A stretch of DNA of 64,000 nucleotides from Alistipes sp. (GTDB taxonomy: Bacteria > Bacteroidota > Bacteroidia > Bacteroidales > Rikenellaceae): assembly GCA_017631285.1 (NCBI GenBank), contig JAGBTO010000098.1, positions 598-64,597 on the forward strand, read 5' to 3'. Positions within the stretch are counted from its first letter, which is position 1; every line of letters starts with the position of its first letter. Position numbers and translations under genes: made by a program. Below are positions 37,057 through 47,342 of the stretch, one piece after another. The notes beneath the pieces are model-generated. The model was not told the DNA's origin, did not search any database, and saw only the letters and a program-made list of their open reading frames with translations.

Positions 37057-39416
37057 TACAGGTTATATCGCAATCCAATATAAAATTTGCGTCCCATAAG
37101 CGGTCCCCACACGCTTGAGGAGTTGAAGGCTGGCGAGAACGGGTCAGCTGCATTAAGAATCGGATCTTTCTGCATATAATTACCAATATTCTCACAACCC
37201 ACATATATCTCTACATCGCGAATCTTATGACTCACCTGAGCATAAAACATAGGATATGCAGGCGAGAGTTCGCTACGAGTTATATCACCATCAAGCGAAG
37301 GACGACGCACAGGACCATTATACTGAGCTGTAACATCAAATACCCAACGACGGAATGGTGTTGCATATTGTAGGTTTAACAAAGTTTTATAGCGACTTGT
37401 AAGTGGGCGCTCAATAAGATGGCTCACCCCATCGCGCAAAACACTTATCTTGGCATTGGTGTAGCGATAGGTTGCAAATACATCAACGCCCTTGATAGGT
37501 GTCCACTGAAAATCCACTTGATAGGTGTCGGTAAATGACGGTTTCGTAGTGTTATAAACCTGAATTTGGCCATACATATCGTCACCAAACTCCTGGTCTG
37601 CCAACACCGTATTGTAGAGTTGCGTACGGAAATAGTCAAAGCTGATTGTCGCATCGGCATAACCGCCTATTTTCAAATACTGCGTAAGGCTACCTCCGGC
37701 TGTAAGTGCCTGCTCGATATCGTTATTAAGGTCGGTGACATTAATCTTTCTTCCCGTAGCCAACATCCACACATTATCGGTGATAATGCTTGCTCGACGA
37801 TAGCCCAAACCAGCCGAAGCACGCAACACTGTTGAAGGTGTTATGTTCCAACGTATGTGCGAGCGAGGAGTGATAGCAAAGCTCTCCTTGGGGGCATAAT
37901 ACGCCACACCGTTATTCAACTCCGAAGCTCCATTATTTGCTCCCATCCAATCACCTCGTACACCTACTACCAACGAGAACTTCTCGGGGATATTATACGT
38001 ATATTCAGCATATGCACCTGGCTCAACATAGCGCATCTGGTTGTTTGTAAGGCTATTCCAAGAGCTCTTTGAGCCATCCGCCATTGGCAGACGCACATCG
38101 TTAAAAAGCTTCTCGTTGCTATTTGTAATCGAAGCCGAAGCTCCAAATATCATTGACGAACGAGGTGAGAAATAGTGAGCATACATAAAATTCAACCACC
38201 ACGCACTATCGTGACCGTCATAGTTATTCAAACCAAAATAGGCATCCTCCTTAAAGTAATTGTAATCTGCAACAAATGCTATATTCGAACGCAGTTCCTC
38301 ACCTTCAACATCGTCATAAACAGATTGTCCAACAGGCATACCGAACTTGACATAGGCGTTAGCACCCTTATTATCCATATTTGAGCCATAAACCGATAGT
38401 GACTCAGTCATCTGCTCGCGCATAGATTTCTCATAGTCAATTTCTCCGCCCAAGCGGTTTTCATCGACATACTTCCAACCCCAGCGCAACTGCTCGCCGC
38501 CCTTGCCCTGATAGAGCCACTTATTGGCAACATTAATTTGACGTGTCTGTGGCAAATCGCGGAAACCATCATCGTTCATATCGTGCGATTTGGTATCCAT
38601 CGAGCCATGCGCCAAAATAACAGTTGAAAGACGCTTATCTTTAGTCACAGGAATTGCCGACGAGAGATTAATCTCGGGACGTAACTCACTATCGAAATAC
38701 AAGTTCAAAAACAATCGCTCCTCGTCGGTTGGCTTGCGGTGTTCCATATTAATCTGACCCGTGATAGCCTCATGACCAGCTGTAACCGAAGCTACACCCT
38801 TCGACACCTGAATAGAATTCAACCACATTCCAGGCGTATAGTTCAATCCATAGGGTGCGCTCAAGCCGCGATTTACAGGCCTGTTCTCGTCGAGAATTTG
38901 TGTATAGGTACCCGTAAGACCCAACATCTTAATCTGACGTGCTCCGGAAATTGCATCACTATAACCAACAGTTACCGATGCCGAGTTCTCGAAACTCTCG
39001 GCAAGGCTACAGCATGCCATCTTACAAAGTCCTGCAAATGAAATTGTTTCACCCTTCAATATACCGTCACGCTTGATGTAGTTTCCAAGACCGCCCTCAA
39101 CAACAACCTCATCAATTTGAGTATCGCTGGCAAGTGCAAAATCTACCTGAGAAACACCTGCGGCAACCTTGACAGTATCGGTTTTATATCCCACATATGC
39201 AGCCACAAGAGAATCATAACCCTTAACTCGGTGCAACTCGAAAGAGCCATCAAGTTCGGTACCAATACCCACATTTGTACCCAACCAATATACAGAAGCA
39301 CCTATCAACGGCTCATTAGTAGAAGCGTCACGAACAACACCTCGGATATTCTGTGCGGAAAGATTAAGACTAATAAGTGACAACAATCCGCATAATAATA
39401 TATTCTTGATTTTCAT
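37053..39416 (-). CDS. TonB-dependent receptor, probably for a metal
   Basis: Signal peptide from MKIKN; CarboxypepD_reg-like N-terminal domain; Cys/Met-rich plug LCKMACCSLAESFE; C-terminal GRKFYIGLRYNLY; upstream of the HMA gene. Confidence 0.9.
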   Translation of the reverse strand: MKIKNILLCGLLSLISLNLSAQNIRGVVRDASTNEPLIGASVYWLGTNVGIGTELDGSFELHRVKGYDSLVAAYVGYKTDTVKVAAGVSQVDFALASDTQIDEVVVEGGLGNYIKRDGILKGETISFAGLCKMACCSLAESFENSASVTVGYSDAISGARQIKMLGLTGTYTQILDENRPVNRGLSAPYGLNYTPGMWLNSIQVSKGVASVTAGHEAITGQINMEHRKPTDEERLFLNLYFDSELRPEINLSSAIPVTKDKRLSTVILAHGSMDTKSHDMNDDGFRDLPQTRQINVANKWLYQGKGGEQLRWGWKYVDENRLGGEIDYEKSMREQMTESLSVYGSNMDNKGANAYVKFGMPVGQSVYDDVEGEELRSNIAFVADYNYFKEDAYFGLNNYDGHDSAWWLNFMYAHYFSPRSSMIFGASASITNSNEKLFNDVRLPMADGSKSSWNSLTNNQMRYVEPGAYAEYTYNIPEKFSLVVGVRGDWMGANNGASELNNGVAYYAPKESFAITPRSHIRWNITPSTVLRASAGLGYRRASIITDNVWMLATGRKINVTDLNNDIEQALTAGGSLTQYLKIGGYADATISFDYFRTQLYNTVLADQEFGDDMYGQIQVYNTTKPSFTDTYQVDFQWTPIKGVDVFATYRYTNAKISVLRDGVSHLIERPLTSRYKTLLNLQYATPFRRWVFDVTAQYNGPVRRPSLDGDITRSELSPAYPMFYAQVSHKIRDVEIYVGCENIGNYMQKDPILNAADPFSPAFNSSSVWGPLMGRKFYIGLRYNLY

Positions 39417-39467
39417 TGTTTTAAATTCGTTAATATAATTAATCACATTAGCTAAAAGCAGAGTAAT

Positions 39468-39920
39468 TTATACTAACACAGGAGGTGCGCGCAACGCACA
39501 ATTGCCCACATAATCAGACATAATTGCAGGCAAAATATACTCATTGTAATTGCTCGACGTGATTTCAGATGGCACCTCTAAAGTTACCGTAACATCTGTC
39601 AAGATAGCCAGCAGAATAATTTGACGCACCAAACCATCATCGACACGAGGATGAGTATAAAGATTTACTTCAGTCGAGTGAATGTGATTACATGTGCAAG
39701 ACTCGGCTAAAGTTTGACAATTGACATCATCACATGCTGCAGATGAATGAGCACAACACCCAGATTCACAATGGTGTATATGTTGAAAAGCTGTATGTTC
39801 GTCGGCTTTGTGATATTTACACTCACATGTAAGCGCCATCACATCGCCCGTAACCAATACTGCGACGTAGAGCACCAACATCACAAATGCAGAAACATAT
39901 CTAAATACACTCTTCAACAT
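39468..39920 (-). CDS. His/Cys-rich membrane-anchored leader protein with a C-terminal RAPP motif (DUF2946/CruR-like)
   Basis: N-terminal hydrophobic segment; CECKYH, HIHHCESGCCAH and CTCNHIH; ends CALRAPPVLV-stop directly upstream of the receptor gene. Confidence 0.75.
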   Translation of the reverse strand: MLKSVFRYVSAFVMLVLYVAVLVTGDVMALTCECKYHKADEHTAFQHIHHCESGCCAHSSAACDDVNCQTLAESCTCNHIHSTEVNLYTHPRVDDGLVRQIILLAILTDVTVTLEVPSEITSSNYNEYILPAIMSDYVGNCALRAPPVLV

Positions 39921-40056
39921 AAGTTCACTCTATCAACCTACACGCTTCCAATTTATCAGCCCAACCCCTAATCGAACTGAGCAGCAACATCATTTACATC
40001 GTAGTTTTCTTGCACGATTACAACAATGTATGCGATATATCAAAACATATTCGTTG

Positions 40057-40064
40057 CAAAGTTA
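40057..40064 (-). promoter_or_regulatory. -7 promoter box (TAACTTTG) for the RAPP-TBDT-HMA unit
   Basis: TAnnTTTG, back-to-back with the recQ promoter. Confidence 0.6.
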
Positions 40065-40097
40065 CAAAAAAAATTATCATATCCCCCACTTTTTTTA

Positions 40098-40105
40098 TAT
40101 TTTTG
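40098..40105 (+). promoter_or_regulatory. -7 promoter box (TATTTTTG), 6 nt before the recQ ATG
   Basis: TAnnTTTG. Confidence 0.6.
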
Positions 40106-40111
40106 CACTCG

Positions 40112-42034
40112 ATGGCAACGATTGATGCAAATATCAAAAACTCTCTCCGCAAAGTATTGAAGCAATACTGGGGCTACGATGATTTCCGTTCGAGTCAGGA
40201 AGAAATCATCTGCTCTGTCATGAGTGGAACCGACACACTTGCATTAATGCCTACCGGAGGAGGTAAATCACTAACCTATCAAGTGCCCACAATGGCTACG
40301 GAAGGGTTATGTATTGTCGTAACTCCGCTCATTGCATTGATGAAGGACCAGGTGGACAGGTTAAAACGGCTAAATATACCCGCCGTTGCCATACACTCAG
40401 GCATGTCATTTACTCAAATCGACATCGCCTTGGACAATTGCGTATATGGCGATATCAAATTTCTCTACATTGCCCCCGAACGTCTTGCTACAGAAGCTTT
40501 TAGGCTACGCGTACAGCGAATGAATGTGGGGATAATTGCCGTCGATGAAGCGCACTGCATATCTCAGTGGGGTTATGATTTCCGTCCATCGTATCTGCGT
40601 ATTGCCGAAATACGAAAATACCTACCCAAAGCAACCGTACTTGCACTTACCGCCTCAGCCACCGATTTGGTTGCCAATGATATAATGAAGCATTTGAACT
40701 TTGAGCATCCACATATCATTCGTAGCAGTTTTGCGCGACCAAACCTCTCGTACGCTGTGCGACACACCGACGATAAAAATGAACAGTTAATGCGAGTGAT
40801 AAACAATGTTGAAGGGGCTGGAATTGTTTACATGCGCTCACGCGAAGGGTGCGAGCAACTCGCCGAATTGCTACTCAACAATGGCATATCAGCATCTTTC
40901 TACCATGCAGGATTGCCACACGTCGAACGAGCAATCCGACAGGAGGAGTGGACCAAAGGGAAAAAACGTATTATGGTCGCAACCAACGCCTTTGGAATGG
41001 GTATCGACAAAGCAGATGTTCGATTTGTCGTACATTACACAATGTGCGACTCGTTGGAAAGTTACTACCAGGAGGCAGGTCGTGCAGGTCGCGACGGCAA
41101 TCGCAGCTACGCCGTATTGCTTGTCGCATCGGACGACAATAGTAAAATCACAAAACGCTTCGAACAGGAATTTCCAGCGATAGATGTCATTAAATCAGTA
41201 TATGAAAAAGCATGCAACTTTGTACAAATTGCGATAGGCGACGGATTGTATGCATCGGTAGTATTTAATATTCACGAATTTTGTCGTCGTGAAAAACTAT
41301 ATATTGGCACAGTAAGAGCCGTCATGGAACTGTTAGAACAGAACAACTACCTAACTCTGACTGAAGAGATGGAAAACCCGGCACGTATAATGTTCTGCAT
41401 AAGCCGTGACGACCTCTATAAAATACGTGTGGACAGGAATGATTTAGACCATATAATCCGCACAATACTACGCTTATACAATGGTGTTTTCACCGAATTT
41501 AGAGCTATAGATGAAAATCTGATTGCCGCCACAAGCGGATATACGGTAGAGCACGTTAAGGAGTTATTGAAACGCATGTGGCAGATGAGAATCATCCGTT
41601 ACATACCCGCCAATTCTTCGCCCATGCTATTCTTCAACGAAGAACGTTTGCCCACTAAAGATTTATACATAGCACCAGAGACATATCTACATCGCAAGAG
41701 GCTCATGTCGGAGAGATTTGAAAACATGATAAAATATGCCACACAACAAACTTCTTGCCGCAGCGTAGTTATGCAACAATATTTCGGCGACAGCCAAGCT
41801 ACGCCTTGCGGTGTGTGCGACGTGTGCCTACAAAACAAAAAGCGCCACAATATCGACCGCAATTCATTATCAGAAACAATATTATACCTTTTAAGGTCTA
41901 AATCCATGACAGCCCGCGAGCTCTGTCGAGAAATAAAGCACGACCCACAACTCATAGCGCAAACAATCGAGGATTTGCAACAAAGCGGGAAAATTTCCAC
42001 GACAATTGGTGGTAAACTAATAATTAATGAGTAA
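40112..42034 (+). CDS. recQ: RecQ family ATP-dependent DNA helicase
   Basis: MPTGGGKS, DEAHCISQWGYDFRP and QEAGRAGRDG motifs; Zn-site CR...CGVCDVC; start at MATIDAN. Confidence 0.95.
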   Translation: MATIDANIKNSLRKVLKQYWGYDDFRSSQEEIICSVMSGTDTLALMPTGGGKSLTYQVPTMATEGLCIVVTPLIALMKDQVDRLKRLNIPAVAIHSGMSFTQIDIALDNCVYGDIKFLYIAPERLATEAFRLRVQRMNVGIIAVDEAHCISQWGYDFRPSYLRIAEIRKYLPKATVLALTASATDLVANDIMKHLNFEHPHIIRSSFARPNLSYAVRHTDDKNEQLMRVINNVEGAGIVYMRSREGCEQLAELLLNNGISASFYHAGLPHVERAIRQEEWTKGKKRIMVATNAFGMGIDKADVRFVVHYTMCDSLESYYQEAGRAGRDGNRSYAVLLVASDDNSKITKRFEQEFPAIDVIKSVYEKACNFVQIAIGDGLYASVVFNIHEFCRREKLYIGTVRAVMELLEQNNYLTLTEEMENPARIMFCISRDDLYKIRVDRNDLDHIIRTILRLYNGVFTEFRAIDENLIAATSGYTVEHVKELLKRMWQMRIIRYIPANSSPMLFFNEERLPTKDLYIAPETYLHRKRLMSERFENMIKYATQQTSCRSVVMQQYFGDSQATPCGVCDVCLQNKKRHNIDRNSLSETILYLLRSKSMTARELCREIKHDPQLIAQTIEDLQQSGKISTTIGGKLIINE

Positions 42035-42069
42035 CTTTGTCGGTTGAAACTTTTACACTGATAAAGCAA

Positions 42070-42771
42070 ATGACATTTCAGCCCACAATATCGAATGAGC
42101 AGACAGCCGAGTTACCATCGGCTCGTTTTGGCGGGCGAATTGTCGTCATCGACAAGGAGGAGCAGATAACAGAGGCCTGTCGTGATTTAGCAGCTCATAA
42201 AATCATAGGTTTCGATACCGAAACACGCCCCTCGTTCAAGGCTGGAGTAACAAACAAGGTGGCTCTATTGCAATTATCCACTCCATCGCGTTGCTATTTA
42301 ATCCGCCTATGTCGAACAAAGTTACATGCTGCCATCCTGAAGATTTTAAGCAATAGCGATATAAAAAAAATTGGAGCCGATGTTGCTGGCGACATCAGGG
42401 CATTGCACGAATTAAGAAATTTTAAGGAGCGCGGATTCATAGACTTGCAACATATGGCATCGTATTGGGGTATTGAGGAGAAGAGCCTACGCAAGATGTC
42501 GGCTCTGGTGCTCGGACAACGCGTCTCAAAAGCCCAGAGGCTCAGCAATTGGGAGGCAAGCACACTCACAACTCAACAACAGATGTATGCTGCAACAGAT
42601 GCTTGGGTATGCATAAAGATTTACGAGAAGTTGATGGCTACACAATCAGTAATGCCATTGCCAAACTTCGAGATTGAAGCACAGCCACAAGCGCCAAAGG
42701 TTGAAAAAAAGCCTTACAGACGATTTAAACGCACAAGAAAACCAAACACAACAAAACATAATCTCGAATAA
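42070..42771 (+). CDS. 3'-5' exonuclease (DEDDy, WRN/RNase D-like)
   Basis: GFDTET, LLQLST, SNWEA and YAATDAW motifs; a TAACTTTG box at 42032-42039 supports the ATG at 42070. Confidence 0.88.
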   Translation: MTFQPTISNEQTAELPSARFGGRIVVIDKEEQITEACRDLAAHKIIGFDTETRPSFKAGVTNKVALLQLSTPSRCYLIRLCRTKLHAAILKILSNSDIKKIGADVAGDIRALHELRNFKERGFIDLQHMASYWGIEEKSLRKMSALVLGQRVSKAQRLSNWEASTLTTQQQMYAATDAWVCIKIYEKLMATQSVMPLPNFEIEAQPQAPKVEKKPYRRFKRTRKPNTTKHNLE

Positions 42772-42773
42772 TT

Positions 42774-43970
42774 ATGAGAACACAGATATATCTTCGACAT
42801 GGCAAAGAAGAGTCGCTATTACGCAAGCACCCTTGGATTTTCTCAGGAGCTATCGAAAAAGTGAAATGCGACGGAGAACTTTCAGAAGGTGAGGTTGTTG
42901 ACGTATTCACAAAAAAGGGCGAGTTCATCGCTCGCGGCCACTACCAGATTGGCTCTATCGCGGTACGTGTATTGACATTCGACGCAGATAAGCAGATTAA
43001 CCAGGAGTGGTGGAACAACCGCATAGCCGTAGCATATGACGTGCGTCGCACGCTCGGCCTGACTGAGAACGAGGCTACGAATTGTTACCGTTTGGTACAT
43101 GGCGAGGGAGATTCATTGCCCGGCTTGGTGATTGACATCTACGACAAAGTGGCCGTCGTTCAGTGTCACTCGGTGGGTATGTACCTGTCGCGCATGGCCA
43201 TTGCCGAGGCTCTACGCAATGCCTATGGCGAAAAGCTTACAGCCATCTACGACAAGAGTTCACAAACAGTGCCATTCAAAGCAGGACTAAATGCTGTGGA
43301 TGGTTACATATGGGGCAAAAGCGAACATAAAGCCCACGTAGTAAAGGAGAACAACGAGCAGTTTCTAGTGAATTGGGAAGAGGGCCAAAAGACAGGTTTC
43401 TTCCTCGATCAGCGTCAAAACCGCGAGTTGGTACGTCACTATGCCAAAGGTCGCACCGTGCTGAACACATTCTGCTACACGGGTGGTTTCTCGGTGTATG
43501 CGGCATCGGGTGGTGCTGTGGAGGTATGCTCGGTGGATGCTTCAGAGCGTGCCGTGAAGTTGGCAGATGAGAATATGCGACTGAACTTCGGCGACACAGT
43601 AAAACACTCTGCCGTAGCGGCAGATGCTGTGGAATATATTAAGCAGATTGGCAATAAATACGATTTAATTATTCTCGACCCTCCAGCATTTGCTAAGCAT
43701 CATAAGGTTTTAGGCAATGCCATGCAGGGATATAAACGAATAAATGCCCGTGCTCTGTCACAGATAAAGAGTGGAGGTATCCTGTTCACATTCTCATGCT
43801 CACAGGCAGTATCGAAAGAGTTATTCCGCACAACCGTATTCTCGGCAGCAGCCATAGCAGGCCGTAAGGTGAGAATTCTGCATCAGCTCACACAACCTGC
43901 CGACCACCCTATCAACATCTACCACCCCGAAGGTGAGTATCTGAAGGGTTTGGTGCTATATGTTGAATAA
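42774..43970 (+). CDS. rlmI: 23S rRNA m5C1962-type methyltransferase
   Basis: HPWIFSG PUA domain; GQKTGFFLDQRQNR, ILDPPAF and FSCS motifs. Confidence 0.9.
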   Translation: MRTQIYLRHGKEESLLRKHPWIFSGAIEKVKCDGELSEGEVVDVFTKKGEFIARGHYQIGSIAVRVLTFDADKQINQEWWNNRIAVAYDVRRTLGLTENEATNCYRLVHGEGDSLPGLVIDIYDKVAVVQCHSVGMYLSRMAIAEALRNAYGEKLTAIYDKSSQTVPFKAGLNAVDGYIWGKSEHKAHVVKENNEQFLVNWEEGQKTGFFLDQRQNRELVRHYAKGRTVLNTFCYTGGFSVYAASGGAVEVCSVDASERAVKLADENMRLNFGDTVKHSAVAADAVEYIKQIGNKYDLIILDPPAFAKHHKVLGNAMQGYKRINARALSQIKSGGILFTFSCSQAVSKELFRTTVFSAAAIAGRKVRILHQLTQPADHPINIYHPEGEYLKGLVLYVE

Positions 43971-43975
43971 AACCG

Positions 43976-44013
43976 AAAGAGGCTGTATAACGTAAAAGTT
44001 AGCAGCCTCTTTT
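43976..44013. terminator. Bidirectional terminator
   Basis: AAAGAGGCTG...CAGCCTCTTT between convergent genes. Confidence 0.75.
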
Positions 44014-44039
44014 GTATAGAATTGTGATATGGATATAAT

Positions 44040-45326
44040 TTAAGATTTTGAAGTCATAATATTCAAAATCAAATCGTCGGTAGAGTTCATGCCATCACGG
44101 CCAATAGCTGTAAGATTGTGAATCGAACGGTCAACATCCTCGTCGATAATACCCTCGAGCTTGGACACACACCTACCCTCCATCGCCATCATCGCAGACA
44201 ACAACGCCGTAGAGACACCACTTGCCAACTTCAGCGCACAGCTTGGCTTAGCTCCGTCGCAAATCATACCCGTGAGATTGGCAATCATATTTTTAACAGC
44301 ACACGCCACCTCTTCGTAACCTCCACCCATCAAATAGGTTATACCGCAACTTGAGCCAGAAGCTGCCACAACACATCCACACAAGGCAGACAGACGCCCC
44401 AGACTTTGCTTGATATATATAACTGTAAGGTGACTCAACGTAAGTGCGCGAATCATCTGCTCGTGGCTGGCACCACACTCCTCGCCATAGACGACTACGG
44501 GCAGAGTAGCCGTAATGCCTTGATTGCCACTACCCGAGTTACTCATAACAGGTACTTTAGCACCACCCATACGAGCATCACAAGCCGATGAGGTATAGGA
44601 AAGAATACGCGTAAACACGCTATCACCCATGATATTCAATTCGCGAGGTTGGCGCAGCATACGACCCAACGAGTGGCCATAATCATCGACAAAGGCACTC
44701 TCGGCAGCAGCCTTATTTAGGCGCATAGATTCAGATATGAACTCAATCTCCTCCAAAGGAGCTGTCGTAGCAAAATCATAGACTTTACGCAAGGTAAGTG
44801 CTATATCGTCACTCTCCTCCTCGGCTATGCTATCACCACGACTATCCAGCAACACCTCGGAATCCTTTTGCAGATATACAAACGAGGTGTGTCCTCCAGC
44901 TATAACTGCCACAGCACGATGCTCGCCTGCCGTAACCTCAATCTCGACATATAACTTCTCCGATATACCTTTTTTAAGGTCAATAGCGATACGTCCCTGC
45001 TCGATGAACTGTTTTCCCTGCTCGACCGCAACCGAATCAGCATCCTTCAACACCTCAAGTCCATACTCCGACTTACCAACCAAAGCACCCAAGGCAATGG
45101 CGATGGGCAGGCCTATCATTCCCGTAGCTGGGATACCTACGCCCATTGCATTCTTCAAAATATTAGCACTCAGACGAGCTTCTATCTGCTCAGGAACACC
45201 CCCAAGCAACTCTGTTGCACGTGCTACACACAACGCCACCGCCACAGGCTCGGTACATCCGATAGCTGGCACCACTTCTCTTTTTATCAAGGCTATTATA
45301 GCCTCACGCGTCTCTTTTGGCTGCAT
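44040..45326 (-). CDS. UPF0597/YhaM (CyuA)-like L-cysteine desulfidase, serine dehydratase alpha family
   Basis: PAIGCTEP, NSGSGNQG, LSALCGC and GMICDGAKPSCALK motifs. Confidence 0.88.
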   Translation of the reverse strand: MQPKETREAIIALIKREVVPAIGCTEPVAVALCVARATELLGGVPEQIEARLSANILKNAMGVGIPATGMIGLPIAIALGALVGKSEYGLEVLKDADSVAVEQGKQFIEQGRIAIDLKKGISEKLYVEIEVTAGEHRAVAVIAGGHTSFVYLQKDSEVLLDSRGDSIAEEESDDIALTLRKVYDFATTAPLEEIEFISESMRLNKAAAESAFVDDYGHSLGRMLRQPRELNIMGDSVFTRILSYTSSACDARMGGAKVPVMSNSGSGNQGITATLPVVVYGEECGASHEQMIRALTLSHLTVIYIKQSLGRLSALCGCVVAASGSSCGITYLMGGGYEEVACAVKNMIANLTGMICDGAKPSCALKLASGVSTALLSAMMAMEGRCVSKLEGIIDEDVDRSIHNLTAIGRDGMNSTDDLILNIMTSKS

Positions 45327-45409
45327 ATTCCAAATATTTATATTATGACAAAGTTACAAACTCATGAGCATAGTCGCAACTTTATAATGACAAAAATTCA
45401 CTCAATAAT

Positions 45410-45446
45410 AAAAAATCCCGCCGATGGTCGCTCACCACCGACGGGA
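45410..45446 (-). terminator. Intrinsic terminator of the acyl-CoA synthetase gene
   Basis: Minus strand TCCCGTCGGTGGT-gagcg-ACCATCGGCGGGA-TTTTT. Confidence 0.8.
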
Positions 45447-45493
45447 CGGAATAAATGTTACAGGAAATATTTCTTTACTTAAAGAAATGCTAA

Positions 45494-47128
45494 TTATTTA
45501 TACATAAAGCGCTTAATCGACTGCTTTGGAGTATGCTCAAAGCCCTGCTCGTTGATTTCGATTGACGAAATCTTGCTATATGCAGGCATAGCCTTATTAA
45601 GTTCAATACGATTCTGCTCCATCTGAGCCTTCAACTCCTCGGTAACACCCAGCTTCTGGTCCTCGGGAGTCATGGCAACCAACGCAACAAGAATATTACC
45701 GCGGCTAACAACCAACGACTCAGCTACACGAGGCATTGCGTTGAGCTTGCTCTCAATCTCCTCAGGATAGATATTCTGACCATTAGGAGAGAGAATCATA
45801 CACTTACTACGACCCTTGATGAAGATATTACCCTTCTTGTCGATAATACCCAAATCACCCGTACGCAAGTAACCATCCTCGGTGAATGTAGCAGCAGTAG
45901 CCTCAGGGTTCTTGTAATAGCCAAGCATAACGTTAGCACCCTTAACCTGAATTTCACCAACCTGCTTCTGTGGATTCTCAGAGTCGATACGTACCTCCAT
46001 ATTGGTAACGATACGACCACATGAACCAAGACGGAATGTCTGCCATGGCTCGTAACCAATCAAAGGAGCGCACTCGGTCATACCATAACCCACGGTGTAT
46101 GGCAATCGAATCTTGCGCATAACCTTTTCAACCGGACGGCTGATAGCGGCGCCACCAATAACAATTGACTGAATGTTGCCACCAAACACACCAAGCAACT
46201 GCTTGCGCACCTTGGCATAGATTAACTTATTGATGATTGGAATTGATGTCAAAATCTTAAGTGCAGGCTTTTCAAGTGTAGGCATAACCTTATTCTTGAA
46301 AATCTTCTCCAACACCAAAGGCACTGTAATCAACAGATATGGCTTGATATCGGCCAAGGCCTGCATCAAAAGGGTTGGTGTAGGAGTCTTACCCAAGAAG
46401 AACACACGAGCACCACCGAACAATGGATAGAGGAACTCAAATGCCATACCATACATGTGGGCCATAGGCAACATAGACATAATCTGGTCGCCCTTCTTAA
46501 CAGGGATGTAAGCCAATGCAAACTCGATGTTTGACGAGAGGTTACCCGAGGTAAGCATAACACCCTTAGGTGAAGATGTTGTACCCGATGTGTAGTTGAT
46601 AATCGCCAAATCATCCAAATTACCAATCTTATAATCGGTAATAGCAATCTTATCTACGTTTGACGCATCAATACTCTCAGCCAAAATCGCACTTACTTGC
46701 TCACCCAGCGCCTTATCAGATGAGTACAACAAAGTAAAATTATCAATATTGATGGCAACCTTCAACTCGGGCATAACCTCGACATCCATAGCCTCCCAAG
46801 TCTTAACATCTGTGAAGAGCACCAAACTATCAGAGTGAGCTGTTAGCTTGGCAATATCCGCAGGGTTAAAATCAGCCAAGATAGGTACTGCTACTGCCTG
46901 ATATGACACAATTGATACAAAACTTGTTGCCCAATGAGCACTGTTCTTTGCAGCTATTGCAGCGCGGTCACCCGCCTTAACTCCAATAGCACTATAACAT
47001 GCATGCAATTTAGAAATTCGGGTTGCAATTTCACCGAAGGTATAAGTTGCACCCTGATAATCACTCAATGCAGGAGAATTCCAATTCTCACGTGCAGACT
47101 GTTGAAAAATTGATAAATAGTGTCGCAT
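45494..47128 (-). CDS. fadD: Long-chain fatty acid-CoA ligase (AMP-binding)
   Basis: YTSGTTSSPKGVML, GYGMTEC, TGDLG and GQNIYPEEIE motifs. Confidence 0.88.
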   Translation of the reverse strand: MRHYLSIFQQSARENWNSPALSDYQGATYTFGEIATRISKLHACYSAIGVKAGDRAAIAAKNSAHWATSFVSIVSYQAVAVPILADFNPADIAKLTAHSDSLVLFTDVKTWEAMDVEVMPELKVAINIDNFTLLYSSDKALGEQVSAILAESIDASNVDKIAITDYKIGNLDDLAIINYTSGTTSSPKGVMLTSGNLSSNIEFALAYIPVKKGDQIMSMLPMAHMYGMAFEFLYPLFGGARVFFLGKTPTPTLLMQALADIKPYLLITVPLVLEKIFKNKVMPTLEKPALKILTSIPIINKLIYAKVRKQLLGVFGGNIQSIVIGGAAISRPVEKVMRKIRLPYTVGYGMTECAPLIGYEPWQTFRLGSCGRIVTNMEVRIDSENPQKQVGEIQVKGANVMLGYYKNPEATAATFTEDGYLRTGDLGIIDKKGNIFIKGRSKCMILSPNGQNIYPEEIESKLNAMPRVAESLVVSRGNILVALVAMTPEDQKLGVTEELKAQMEQNRIELNKAMPAYSKISSIEINEQGFEHTPKQSIKRFMYK

Positions 47129-47278
47129 AAATGTTGGGCCTCAAAAGCCGATATTTTGTTTACTTAAAATTTACATTTTCGTATTTCGTTGCAAATATCT
47201 AATAATTTACACGAATGATAAAATTTAAGTGGTATCGTAACTCATTGTGGGACGAAATCCTATAAGGGGCAAAAAACA

Positions 47279-47317
47279 ATAATGAGGGGTAAAAAATTAA
47301 TTTCGCCCCTCATTATA
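47279..47317 (-). terminator. Hairpin after the LytTR gene
   Basis: ATAATGAGGGG...CCCCTCATTAT. Confidence 0.6.
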
Positions 47318-47342
47318 ATTTTATTTTCCACGAAGATTAATT

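Noticed and set aside
39921-40056. Riboswitch or small ORF in the leader of the metal-uptake unit
   Set aside because: I could not recognise cobalamin, NiCo or yybP motifs, and found only trivially short ORFs. An Rfam scan would be decisive.
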